DNA from: Dicyema japonicum
Taxonomy: Eukaryota; Animalia; Dicyemida
DNA: 64,000 nt
Assembly: GCA_011109175.1 (NCBI GenBank)
Contig: RDEW01000044.1
Span: 285,681-349,680 of the forward strand
Reading direction: 5' to 3'
The notes below the pieces were generated by a model. That model was not told the origin of the DNA. It worked only from the letters and a program-made list of their open reading frames with translations, and did no database searches. Of the stretch, positions 50,396 through 63,469 are shown piece after piece (the first letter of the stretch is position 1; every line of letters starts with the position of its first letter). The position numbers and the translations under genes are program-made.

Positions 50396-50650
50396 ATGAC
50401 CAAAATTATTCATTTTATCACGTTTATTCTGTTTAGCAAAATCGTTAAAATAAAATTTGGTAGGCAATATATATTAATTGACTCATGGATAATTCATAAA
50501 AATCCTTCTAAAGTATATATTTCGTTAACTTAAGGAATCTAGTTTATGGATGTTAAATAGGGATCAACATATAGATGACTGGAAAACTATTGGAGATTAT
50601 AGTTTATATTTTGATAATATAAATTTTAAACTTATTTCACACTTTGACAT
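50396..50650 (+). CDS. 5' part of a second orphan gene (signal-peptide-like start), truncated by the gap
   Basis: MTKIIHFITFILFSK...IIHKNPSK is joined by a 22-nt intron (gtatatatttcgttaacttaag) in frame to ESSLWMLNRDQHIDDWKTIGDYSLYFDNINFKLISHFD, after which the N run begins. Confidence 0.5.
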
Positions 50651-51369
50651 NNNNNNNNNNNNNNNNNNNNNNNNNNNNNNNNNNNNNNNNNNNNNNNNNN
50701 NNNNNNNNNNNNNNNNNNNNNNNNNNNNNNNNNNNNNNNNNNNNNNNNNNNNNNNNNNNNNNNNNNNNNNNNNNNNNNNNNNNNNNNNNNNNNNNNNNNN
50801 NNNNNNNNNNNNNNNNNNNNNNNNNNNNNNNNNNNNNNNNNNNNNNNNNNNNNNNNNNNNNNNNNNNNNNNNNNNNNNNNNNNNNNNNNNNNNNNNNNNN
50901 NNNNNNNNNNNNNNNNNNNNNNNNNNNNNNNNNNNNNNNNNNNNNNNNNNNNNNNNNNNNNNNNNNNNNNNNNNNNNNNNNNNNNNNNNNNNNNNNNNNN
51001 NNNNNNNNNNNNNNNNNNNNNNNNNNNNNNNNNNNNNNNNNNNNNNNNNNNNNNNNNNNNNNNNNNNNNNNNNNNNNNNNNNNNNNNNNNNNNNNNNNNN
51101 NNNNNNNNNNNNNNNNNNNNNNNNNNNNNNNNNNNNNNNNNNNNNNNNNNNNNNNNNNNNNNNNNNNNNNNNNNNNNNNNNNNNNNNNNNNNNNNNNNNN
51201 NNNNNNNNNNNNNNNNNNNNNNNNNNNNNNNNNNNNNNNNNNNNNNNNNNNNNNNNNNNNNNNNNNNNNNNNNNNNNNNNNNNNNNNNNNNNNNNNNNNN
51301 NNNNNNNNNNNNNNNNNNNNNNNNNNNNNNNNNNNNNNNNNNNNNNNNNNNNNNNNNNNNNNNNNNNNN
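50651..51369. other. Assembly gap (719 N)
   Basis: A run of N. Confidence 1.
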
Positions 51370-51888
51370 AGATATATTTTTTTAACTAGATACTTGTTCA
51401 TTTTGTTCCAACACTTTATGGATTGAATATTGAGTCACCCGTCCTGTGCGTTTTTGCGTGGGCACGTAGGAAGAACACCGGGTAATGATGAGATCTCTTT
51501 TACACTGAATCGGGATAACGTGATAATTAGTTTGGTTTTAATGTTGTCTTGAGTTGTTAAATATAATAAAATAATGAATGAAACGAATAGTAATTTATGC
51601 GCTGAATGGCCAGGCTATTTACTCTGTTAATAGCCATCAAGATATAATCTCGAGCTTTGTGAGATGCTTTGTAAGTTTGTGAGCTGAGGATTCCCGATAT
51701 TTCAAATCTGTATATCAACAACTTAGAGACTTACAATTTGCTGTCGTTTACTTGAGTTAAGTGACTCTATGTTTATGAACTTTAAACATTTAAAGTTAGC
51801 CTTACAGTTTGATTAGTTATCAAAAATGGTACGTCTCTTTGTAGTCGATCATAAACTCACTAAAATTTTATTAAATATTCATTCTCTA

Positions 51889-52132
51889 GTTCAACATATG
51901 CGATATTGCCCCTTTCAGATTTGTTTCTCCGAAAATTGACTGTTGCTTTGAATGCAAAAAATCGAGTTGTACTGATTTTCCTCTTTTACCACTTGGTAAA
52001 ATTCCGCAGCGTTCAACATATGCGATATTGCCCCTTTCAGATTTGTTTCTCGGAAAATTGACTGTTGCTTTGAATGCAAAAAATCGAGTTGTACTGATTT
52101 TCCTCTTTTACCACTTGGTAAAATTCCGCAGC
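51889..52132. repeat. 122-bp tandem duplication
   Basis: gttcaacatatgcg...attccgcagc occurs twice. Confidence 0.9.
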
Positions 52133-52760
52133 ATTCGAAACTCATAATTATTGGCTTCGGTGTTATTTTATTTATTGAAATCCATGATGTTATTTCAAAA
52201 CACATTCCTATCTTGGCCGTTTCTAACACCTTTTGGTGCAAATTCCATGACACCTTAAGAAACCCATTTATCCCATTTGTCAAATATTATTTGAATGCAG
52301 AATTAACTCTTACATCTAACGATTGAAGATATGGAGTTGTTATTGCAGGTATAAAAATTTAATTTAAAATAATCTTTATGATACAGTTGATCATTCTTAC
52401 CTTGTCGAATGCCTAAACAAGCTGTGTATGCCTTTGTGGTTAATCAGCTTTGTGGTGGCTGTGATGAATAGGTGGAGTATTCATCTCAACTATAATAGGC
52501 AGCACATAGGCAAGATAAAACTCATGACAGTCTTCCTTCAGGGGGATAATACGTCTCCACTGCTCTTTGTTATATGTCTCGACTGTTTGAGCAAATACAA
52601 GTTTATTGTGAGGGTCTTTGTTTCAGTACAAATCACCTTATTTTTATTGATGACGTGAAGAGTATGTTCGAACATCGAGGAGCTCTACTTCATATGGGTC
52701 TGTGAGATGGAATTCCTTGAGAGTATTGGATTAGATTTGAATTATTCCAACTCTGCGACA
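51910..52760. mobile_element. Rearranged R4/Dong-like RT remnants
   Basis: Plus strand: FLQGDNTSPLLFVICL and LFFIDDVK. A minus-strand fragment upstream suggests an inversion or a second copy. Confidence 0.5.
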
Positions 52761-52899
52761 AACAGACAAATATGTAGCGAGTCAGTTTGAGCACTGGAGA
52801 ACACGAAGGATATAAGTATATGAGTATTACTGAAACTCCAAAGTCCATTATTATGCCTGATACAAAGCGACAACTGAAGACATTCGTAGAAGAGCAGCG

Positions 52900-53500
52900 T
52901 TATTATGTAAAACTTCTTGAAATGCAAGGAATTTGTGCTATTTGCTTCTAAACCACTACATAGACGAGGATCGCAGATCTTGGTTTATGCTCAGATCTTA
53001 AAAGGAGCGAAGTGGAGAAGTATCCACACAGGTTACATCGCAGACAATGATTTTTTCGCAAACTGTAACAAAACCTGTCACAAGGCTCGAGAATACAAAT
53101 TGATGAAACAATTCTTGGATTCCTTGTCTTTAGATGATGTTCCAGTCCCTGGTATAGTCCCCTCTTTCCAGTATAAAGATATCGATTCGAAACCCGGAAG
53201 TACTGTATTCTCATTTGACTTGATCTTCGTTTCGTTGACAATTATTATATCAGCTTCCTCGGCATTCGCTCAAGGATTCAAGGATAAAAAAATTCAGGGT
53301 GTCGATCCGTAGAGTTTGACATTGGATGACAAAAGAAATTATGTGTCAATACATTTAATTACTCCGACGAGGAATATTCTCAAGAAATTTGGAAGCCTGA
53401 CTCTCTAAGAAGCAACTGTGTTTATATAATCGATCTCCTTGAATATCTTGAGAAAGAACTCCGTGACAATTATGTCGATAGGGATCAAAACTATATAAGA
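52900..53500 (+). mobile_element. Degenerate copy of the LINE family at 60310-61229
   Basis: aaaattcagggtgtcgatccgtagagtttgac...actccgacgaggaat matches the reverse complement of about 60650-60750. Confidence 0.6.
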
Positions 53501-54859
53501 TAATTGGGATAATGCTCATGTCATTCATAAATCTAAGGAAACCTATCCGTTATTCAAAACCTATCATATTTGATTCATTTCCTCATCTTTTTTTAACTGA
53601 AATTATTCTTTCAGAGTCAAGAGTAGAGATGTGTGATTCAGTTGTCCAACCAGGATATTATTTAAATCATAATAAATTTGAATTAATTAACACCAATTTA
53701 GAACTCAGAAAAAGAACCGATTAAGTTGGTAAAAAGTGAATTGCGCAATTGCCAAGGACATTGAACTTGTCCACAATGGCACTGCAGTCTGAAATAACAT
53801 TATTAATTACATGTTCCACTAATCTGCTCGCTGTTTTCAATATCGAACTCACTTTGGATCATAGTCAAGGTATTATTTATAAAAGTTATAATTTTATTAG
53901 GTAGACGTTTATGTCTATGATAAATATAATATCATACGCCTCTGCCTTGTCGAATGAATCAATACAAACGAGAACACCACTATATTATTATTATTAAAAA
54001 TACCTTTCTATTTGAACTCTACTGGAACTAATTCTAAATGCTTGAACAACATATATTTCTGTTGGAAAGGTACTACATAAATTAAAAAAATGTTCACATA
54101 GAAAAGTGATGTTAAATGTCCAGCAAAATCAATTGCCATGTATACAAGGGAATCGCAATCATCCATATACCTATTAATTTAATAAAATATATAACAATAT
54201 CGTAATGGTAGATGGAAAAGTATGTTTGTCTACATATTTTAAACTTTCATCATACATACATGCACTATAATAAGTAATATTTAATACAAAATGATCAGAT
54301 TCAGTTCAATAATGGAAAAATTGCCATGTTCAGATATAACGTTATGCATTTTTAATTTATTAATATGAGAATTATATTTTAGGCCAGTATTTTTACAAAT
54401 TCTCCAAAATCTTAATAATTAATATTTAATACACATTATTCGACGCATCTAATTCTTCTTCTCGACAATTTTTCTGTGTCAAAATGCAGAGTGGAAAGAA
54501 TAAGATGAAATTGAACATCTATAGGATTAAATACCAAAATGATGAACATACTAGTGACCACAAGAAATTAAAATTATTACATACATTACAGTCGTTATAA
54601 TTAATAATAATTTTATTAAATAAACTATTTGATAATTAAATAAAATTAAAAAATAATTTAATAAAATTCACTCAATATACAGGGTTTTCTGATTTGTGTA
54701 ATTACTTTACCATGAAGTTTGATAACTTTTCCAAAATTTCTAATTTCTTTGCCAAAATGTTTAATAACTTTGTCAAAATGTTAAAAAAAAATTGTGTCAT
54801 AAAGTTTTATAACTTTTGAATAATGTTAATTACAAAATGCATAAAATTCATTTTTAAGT

Positions 54860-55860
54860 GAATTCTGAAGAAAGACTATAAATGTTGCTATACAAGGACA
54901 GTTAGAGGATTATGTGGGTTCTATTTTCAAACACAGATTTCGAAGTCTGTGTTGTCTCAGAGCCCACCGCAATTTTAAAACGCACATTGGCACTCCATAA
55001 GTTATTAATTATAATCATTTCTCTTGTTGTTTATTTGGAAGTTATTATTCATTATCTAAGAGCTAAAAATTGTTTTATTTATATCTAGGAATTAAGATAT
55101 GCAGATGACCTGATTTTGTTTTTAAAGAATCAATGATATCAGACTGTTCTTAACATGGACCTGTTGGGAGAGTTGTCCAAAAATGAACGAATAAAAAACA
55201 GAGCTTATTACAATCAAATGGGAAAGATGAGATTTAGAGGATAGCAAAAAAAGTCAGGTTTTTGCATGACGATTTGTAAGAGGTTCAACAAAGAAAGATA
55301 TTCTCAACAATAGCACTGAATAGACAAAAATCGGCAATTCTGAGATCGCTCATGTTACAAGACAAGTACAAGTACGACTATTCAATACTTTTGTCTTTCC
55401 ATACTTCTCTACATCTCGGGAACGTGGGAACTAACTCGGACATGTGTTGATAACCTAAATGCTTTATAAAGAAAAGAACTAAGGACTCTACTACGTATAC
55501 ACAATCCAATCGTGATAAAAAACGAATCTTATACACAGCTTGTTAGTCGGAGGATCTTAATAAAATTATTACAAGAACATCGATCTAAAAATGCTAAAAT
55601 AGCATTAGTCGACGTCGTGATAAAAAACGAATCTTATACACAGCTTGTTAGTCGGAGGATCTTAATAAAATTATTACAAGAACATCGATCTAAAAATGCT
55701 AAAATAGCATTAGTCGACGCTAATGGTGAAAATGTCTGCGAAAATCGTAATCTTGTAAGAGCTGGGAGATGTCTAACAGACAGGATTATCAGGGGGTGGT
55801 TCTTGGACGATTGACTCATTGGTGAAAGTCGTGAGAATGTCTGTTAAAAGAAACTACGAT
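54860..55860 (+). mobile_element. Degenerate RTE RT/3' remnant containing a 105-bp duplication (55510-55719)
   Basis: Residual RTE-like post-RT motifs with many stops. Confidence 0.4.
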
Positions 55861-57519
55861 TTCCTCTACCTTAAAATTAGGTCATATTTCTATTTGACAG
55901 TAAAATTAGGTCAACCGTTGAAGTGATTATATATGTTTGATGACAATAGATGCATTGGTGTATACTTTTATTCGGAACCAAATGTGGATGCCATTAGTGG
56001 ATACTTTCCCTACTTTTATTCTTTGTAACTATCAGGAACCGTCGAGGTATCGATATATTCTTTATTTATCCGGATTAGCGAACTAACTGTCTATTTTTGA
56101 AAAAGAAAGAGTTTTCTGAAAGGAATGTGAATGGAAGAAGACTTGTCTCAAACGACTAGCAGTTATTAAACGAATGCTTGGTTGAGTATTTATCCATGTG
56201 ATAAAATTGGTAATTTTCTGACGATGAAAATGAGAATAGCACCCTCCTTCGTTTTCTGTACATTGCTATACTGTTGACCTTTGATGAAAAATTCAAATAA
56301 TAATTATGAAATTATGTAAAACTTATTGATATTATTGGAAACGTCTCAGTTGTGCTTAATGTTACAGATAAAACCATTGGAAATAACAAGGTTGCAAATT
56401 TTATCTCTAGCTTGAATTCTGCGGGTGTGGCCAGAGTGACTCTACGTTTGACGGGGGACTTTGTATTCTGCTTTAACAGCTCAGAAGATGCTAGTTTATT
56501 TGAAAGAGATCTCAATGAAAGTTGCCTTTTGGGGATAATGGACACAAACATACACGAACTAAGTTGACACCTTCGGAAATTGTATTAAAAAATTTACTAA
56601 CGTGGGTAGAACATGAAGAGCTTAATGAATTCCTCGCAACAATTATATCTTCAGAGTTCACTATTAAAAGATTTATTATTATTATTATTAGCACTTTTAC
56701 GAGAGCCATAATATTTATATGTGCAGCAAAAAATATAAGAGAATTAGTTAGGTTGCTCCAAGCTCTTCTGTTCTTTGCTAGGTACATATCTGAGAAGTGC
56801 AAGTCTTTTTGTTACGGTAGGTGTTGAATGTGACTGGTGTGGCGTAACTAATGGTAGACTATATTAACAGCAATCTTGAATGTGCTAATATATCTGACTG
56901 CTTCCAAACTCTTTAGGTAATATCAAGAATACATCCTACTACCTGTGTGATGCATTTATAGGAATTATACAAAACACACTGGAGATTGTTAGGAATACAA
57001 TATTTGTAATTAAACCCCCAAATTATGACATGATCACACATTTGGATAGACTGGAAGTGCGTATATATTGTTGGATATTTCGTAGACAATTTGATATACC
57101 TGACAGTGAGAATGTATTTGATGTGAAATATTTACAAGCTGGTGATGAAACTGTTGAGGGATTGTCGTTTGTACAATTTGTTGGTTTGCCGTTGTATTTA
57201 GGATTACTAACTCTTCGATAAAGTGAGAAAACTTTACCTAAATATATTGCAATCTGAAAATGAAAGCATGTTCGTTCTGATTCTTGCTTTTACATAATAT
57301 TATGTTTTAGATAACATTGAATCGTTTATAACTAAAGAGAATTTGTGCAAATTTTTAATTAGCGTAAAAGTGAAAGCACAGCGGCACAAATGTGCATACG
57401 TACAGTAATTAAGTCCTCAGTAAAAACTACTCTTATAATAACTTCATCAATTAATGTACTGTTCAAAGTTACGTATAATGAATTACTCCACCACATTCTA
57501 TTGAACCTTACTTGATTTA

Positions 57520-58010
57520 CCTTACCACTGATGAGGATGACTCAATATTATCTTACTTTTACAAAAGCCATAATGTTTATATGTGCAACACTCAAAGAAA
57601 CAATATTTATAGTTAGTCTTTTCCATCTTCCTCTGTCGAAGTGATCTCAATTCGTCCAGGTCGTCTCCCGTCTTTAGATTTTTTCTCACACGATTTAGGC
57701 ATTTGTTTAAGGAAGTCGGAAGTGTCGATCTAGGTCGTCCGCGGAAGGGTTTGTCGCAAGTGTCAAAGTAATCTTCCATCGCTTTGTTAGCGGGTGCGTC
57801 CGGGTTCATTCTTAGTACATGCCCAAATAGCCTCCACCGGGCATCTATCACATCCTTGCTGATGCATGAACACATACACTTGTTGTAGATAGCAGTGGTT
57901 GATATTCTACGTGGCCACTCAGAGTAAGCTTCTTAGTTGCCTTTGCTGTCCTGGAGTATATTTATACCATTTCAACATGACATAAAATAGTTTATTTGTT
58001 GAAAATATTC
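57520..58010 (-). mobile_element. RTE LINE 3' end
   Basis: ARWRLFGHVLRMNPDAPANKAM...RGRPRSTLP. Confidence 0.85.
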
Positions 58011-59135
58011 TGTGTTTGCTGGACGATCATTTCTTTCCCGATAATAATCTTGCTCACTTGTATTACATCAGGTTGATCAGACGATGTTATTGACCAAATT
58101 GATCTCATTATTTGAGTTTCTGAGATATCGCTTATGGAATCATTATTTAATATTTTTATCAAAGGTAGTTTCATATTCGATTTAATAAAATATAAAATGG
58201 CAATTTTTGTTTGTTTTTTAATCGTGTACAGATACGTTTAATGAAAACAACAAGAAACAATGACAACGTGTTAATAAGTTAGTTATTTACCTTTAAAATT
58301 ATTAATATTTAAGAGATATGGCGGATTCATTAAAATATCTGGCGGATTCTAGATACTTTACTGTATATCATTATCCTTTCCTACTAGTTATTTATGTGAT
58401 GATAAATTATTATTTTTTGAACGCACTTGACGAAATTATCCGCTACTTTTTGTAATTTTTCGTCCGAGACTGTCTTCATTTCCTTCTTAAATAGAATTGA
58501 AACATGTCAAGAATCTATTTATTGTAACGATCGATTTTCTAGAACATTTGATTCATTTATTTTATTTTAGGGTTAAAATCTATCAGATTTCTTTTAATTC
58601 TTTCAACATAATTTTCCAGATTGTATAGCATAGGTTAATTGCTTTGGGAATTTATCAATTCCTAATTTAATGTCTTTTCATGAATCTAGGTATTATCTTC
58701 CATCAAAAAAAGTAATCTAAGATAACTTTTGGGTGATGAAATTATGAGTTTTCTTTAAGAGATTCTACTATAAACATAAGAGCTGTTCATTCGCTGGGAA
58801 TGTTAAAATATTAAACTAAAAGTACGCTGAAATTCTCCTTAATTGACGTTTATTCTCTCGCTCAGGGGCCTTTAAACAATTTTTATGCTTTCCTAAATGA
58901 CTTGGTAATTTATCTCAGCACGGTCATGAACGATCATGTTATTCAGAGTTTTTATAATTATTATTGCACACTTCATGACAGACACATTAGATCCAACCAC
59001 TAGGATCTCAAGGAGGATGCGCGCGCTCAGGTGAGTTACTGCAGACAACTCCCGGCTGAATTCCACACGTAGTTAATAATGCCTCTTTTTATTCGCAGAT
59101 CGGACATGGACGGAATCAATGGCATCTTACTTACT

Positions 59136-59342
59136 CGACTCAAGGTCTAATATCTCCTCATAATTGACGAGTACGGTTCGAATTGAACATTGATGAGTCT
59201 GATCAACGATTCGAGGCAGATCACAAGAGCAGAGGTGACGACTCAAGGTCTAATATCTCCTCATAATTGACGAGTACGGTTCGAATTGAACATTGATGAG
59301 TCTGATCAACGATTCGAGGCAGATCACAAGAGCAGAGGTGAC
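59136..59342. repeat. 103-bp exact tandem duplication
   Basis: cgactcaaggtc...gaggtgac occurs twice. Confidence 0.9.
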
Positions 59343-59489
59343 ATACTTTCTTCTTAGTAACCTCAGCAAAATTATCTTTGTTTTCGAACATTCCACAAGA
59401 TTCAGTCATCAAGGGTCTGGTTGCACCAAGAACAGATTAATCCTCGCTCCCTCCTTTACATGTTTTATGCGCACTTCAAAGTGAAAAAC

Positions 59490-59800
59490 ATCTTAACATC
59501 TCGCTAGGTACCAACGTTCCACTAGTATTATTCAATTCTGCGGGAGCGCGGAGCGCGGTAGACAGACTCTATGCTGATGATAAAACGATGAGGGCAAAGG
59601 AGAAGAAATACGAAGCGCTACGCGACCGATTCGCGTTCTATCCCATCGTGGTCGACACAACTGGAGGAAAATCGTTTCGCTTCCTAAAGAAACTAAGACG
59701 CCTAGCTACACTAAAAAGCCACGACGCACGCGAGACCGGTGGCTTCTCTAGTTGATCTTTGTTGCAATCGTGAGAGGCAACGTTTATCTAACTATACTGC
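59490..59800 (+). mobile_element. 3' (REL endonuclease) fragment of a CRE-like element
   Basis: KEKKYEAL..RFAFYPIVVDTTGG and AIVRGN parallel 36580-36780. Confidence 0.65.
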
Positions 59801-60309
59801 AACTTCGTGCACTAGTGAGTATTTAAACGACCAATAAATTTTTGAGAACAATAACGATTTATTAACAAATGAGTTAAGGAGTTTTCTGGGGGGTATTACA
59901 TCTGAGTCCTACCATAAGGCTTGGACTCCACATCTGTACCCTTCCTCCTTTTTTAATTTTTTAGGACGTTTCTCCCAGCTTTATATACGTGTCCTGCATC
60001 TTTGATCTTCCCCCGAAAACATTGATCCGATCCTCCACAATTCTGCTAACGGTTCTAACAGCTTGTTTTCTTTCGCGCTTAGACAGTCTTTCAGTTTCTT
60101 TTTTAAGGAGAGCTTAATCGCAGCTTTTTTTGTCTTCTCTAGGAGGGATAAGATCGTCTCCTTCTTTGAAGAGAAAACCACCCCTCGCACCCATAAAGTA
60201 GGTCAAGGGAAATAACTCCCTTGAAGATAAACAGGTAAGTGTCACGGCTAACGTGTAACTCGTGTGCATAGGAGCGACTGAAAAGCTCTCGAAAACCCCA
60301 CTGCTCCGG

Positions 60310-61229
60310 AATCAGAAAGTCATTCTCTTATATAAAACCCCACTACTTTTAAAAAAATGATACGTTCAATCACTTTCGCGAAAGAACATATTAAGACAAT
60401 TGGTCTGTAGCTTACCGGATCTCTCTTTGGCTTCCCTGGTTTTGGAATCATCCTCACAACAGCTTTCTTCCATATTAAAGGGAGGTGTCCAACTCGTAAC
60501 AACCCATAATGAAGACATCGCAGATATTCAAATAAAATATCCGGACTCTCTTTGATAGGTTTCATTGATATGTGGTATATCCTTGAGAATTGACCTTGCA
60601 TTCCCTGATAGCCGTCATCACTTCAAAGACGCTGACAATGCTATCAGCAATAGGCAGTTCCTCGTCGGAGTGTTTAAATACATCGGCAGACACCTTCTTT
60701 TTGTCACCAGGAATCAAACTCCACGGATCCACACCCTGAATTTTTGGAGGGTGATCCTTGAATATCGAAGGTGTTTCCTCCGTTATGCATACTCCCCCGT
60801 CTGGTTTATTCAATATAATTTTTTTCTCCCCGACTTTGGAAACATCATCTTCTGATAGGATTTCCAAAAAGAGGGATTTTTCATATTAATTTTCGCAGCC
60901 TCAGCCTTCCATATACGGTCAGTCTCCTCCTTCCATATACTGCTGATTGCTTCCTTCATAATCCTGATTCTGGCTGATATGAATTCTCCATCTATTTTGT
61001 CGACACAACGCCTTAGCTTTGCCCTTAGGCGATTCCTCTCAGGAATAAGCTTCATAATAATTGCCGAAACAAAATAGTGATTATTTTTTGAGAAAACCCT
61101 TTGTGCATATAGGTGAAGATGTGACTGCATGAGATTCGTTAGTTCTCGACTTGCATGATTTATATCTTCTATGGTTGAAAACTCTCTTGGTAAAACACAC
61201 AAATTATTAGATATGAAGACCCTATAGTG
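60310..61229 (-). mobile_element. LINE linker + RT N-terminus (downstream half of the element split by the Buster insertion)
   Basis: GHLPLIWKKAVVRMIPKPGKPKRDPVSYRPIVLICSFAKVIERI. Confidence 0.85.
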
Positions 61230-62722
61230 CAGTGTTTCTTAACGTGGTCCCCAGAAATATTTTTAGGTCAATTAAATTTTATGAATAAAAAAATTATTTA
61301 ATTTTTATTATTTATTCGCATTAGAATATTTAATTAATTTTATTCCACGTGTTTTTATATTTGATTGTAATGGTTAATCGCAAATGGATTGATTCTTATG
61401 TCCAATATGGATTTACCCAATATACTGGATCTGACAACGTCGATAAAGCGCAGTGTATGATATGCGACGTCATAATGGGAAACAACTCTTTGAAGCCGTC
61501 ACAATTAAAAAGACATAACGAAAAAACTCACCCATAAAATGTTGACACTGTCGAAAGTTTTATTGCAAAGAGAACTAAATATGATAAATCTGGAAAACTT
61601 GGTAATTTTGGATTTAGACCAATAGATAAACCATGTCTGCTAGCTTCATATGAGGTATTAATAATTGAACCATTTATTTTAGATATCCTTAATTATTGCC
61701 AAAAACAAAGTATCTCACTCTTCTAGAGAAAATTTAATAAAATCTGCCGCATTGACAATGGCAAGAATATTGCTCGATAAAGAAGCAAAAATTTAAAAAA
61801 TGTACTTTTATCTAATGATACGAATCGAATACGAGACATGTCTTGTAATGTTTTGAACAACTTGTTATGAAAATTAACGGCAGCCCATGCAGAATTGGTA
61901 TACAATTTGATGAATCTACTGCATTTGTTCGTATACAATTACATTTGTTCGTTTTGTCGACTTGAAATATATTCATGACGAGTTTTTTTTTGTTTGGAAT
62001 TAACTGCAAGAACAACAGCTAATGATATTTTTGATTTGTTTTCTGGCTTCTTACGTGACAATTGTATTCACTGGGATAAAGTTGGATCTAGTTGTACAGA
62101 TGGGTGATCAGCTATGATAGGACATCGTTATGGTTTTGTCACATTGGTGAAAGAAGTAGCACCACATGTAATTAAGAATCAATTGGAGATTATTTCCCAG
62201 TTACTGAACCAATTGCGACTTGGATAATACACCCTTTTATTCCGGAATCCAATAAATTAATTTTTTTAAATTACGACGGCCAAGAAATTGAAGAAATTGA
62301 TTTCCAAGAACAGTTGATTGAATTGCGAAATTCGAAGTTGACATTTAATTCGCTTTCGATTATTGATATCTTGATTTCTGTTATTAATGATTATCCAATC
62401 TTAAGTAAAAATGCACTGGAAGTGATAATTCCCTTTCCAATTACTTATTTATGTGAAATGGCACTGTCTTGTTATTCTGAAAAGTCAAGTTTGCAACCAA
62501 CATAAGGTGGAAGACGATACGAGAATGGCACTTACAAACATTGTACCTAAAATTGAACATCTAGTTTCTGAAAAACAGGATCAAAAATCATACTAATTCT
62601 AAATATTATGATTTTTTAATTTTGTTAGTTTTTGTTTTATTAAATTGTTTTGTTACATGTGGTCCCCAGAAAAATTCAACAGAATAAAGTGGTCTCCGGT
62701 CAAAAAAGGTTAAGAAACACTG
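61230..62722 (+). mobile_element. hAT (Buster/Charlie-type) DNA transposon, 1493 bp, internally deleted
   Basis: Perfect 14-bp TIRs CAGTGTTTCTTAAC (61230-61243 and 62709-62722). The 8-bp TSD is ctatagtg/ctatagtc with central TA. Motifs: BED finger QCMIC..LKPSQLKRH..KTH, QFDEST, CTDG, and hATC-like PFPITYLCE. Confidence 0.95.
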
Positions 62723-62730
62723 CTATAGTC

Positions 62731-63250
62731 AGCCCAATGAGATTTATGAATATCAAGAAACATCTTCCATAACATCAGGCCTCATACTAATAATCAATTC
62801 TTGTGGGATATGGTCGCTCCCGATATTCCATAGAGTTTTTGGCTTTCCCACATACATAGATAAAGTTGGCAATACTAGGAATACTCCGAGTTAGTCCCCA
62901 CCAACACTAATCCATTCTCCATCGCAACAAACGTCCATGCTTACAAATTCACACAATACATCACAAACGACTTTTGGATTACGAATTCGGAAAAAGTCCA
63001 GGTAGAAAATAGAAGTTCCTGTACCAGCAGCTGCTCCAGCCTTCCATAAAACATCCACGGAAATGTATCCAGTCATTATATTACTCTTCGCTTTCTTTAA
63101 TTTCGTCTCATTGACCACCAAGACGTCGATGACTCTCGCAAGTAGTGCTAGTTCATTATGCCTTTTCCCTAGGGATCGGACATTCACTAGCACTACTTTT
63201 AGTACTTGCTTCTTTAAAGCCAATGAATTTTCTCGTGAGATAAATTTTCT
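62731..63250 (-). mobile_element. LINE APE (upstream half of the element split by the Buster insertion)
   Basis: VVLVNVRSL...VLVVNETKL...SVGGD. The sequence joins 61221 across the TSD. Confidence 0.8.
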
Positions 63251-63469
63251 CGAGAAAGAGAAAAATTTTCTTAAATATAATAATAATAATTGCATAATTA
63301 TGTTTTATAATAATTAAAACATTTATTTGGTTTATTTATAAATTTTCTTATATTTATATAATGCATTTTTAATTGTCACAAATGCCATTTTTAGCTGCCA
63401 TTTTATGAAATTTTAATTGCCATAAAAATTCCCCTTGTCATCACTAATTGCAAGAAAAATATTTTAATG

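Noticed and set aside
54700-54840. CRISPR-like or regulatory repeat array (ataacttt..caaaatg units)
   Set aside because: The units are short, irregular and AT-rich with no unique spacers, in a eukaryotic context. They are more likely decayed transposon subterminal repeats or low-complexity DNA.
56330-57330. Host gene or LINE ORF1 (gag-like) remnant
   Set aside because: The short ORFs show only a vague IVLKNL..EEL resemblance and no intact CCHC knuckle, so they cannot be assigned.
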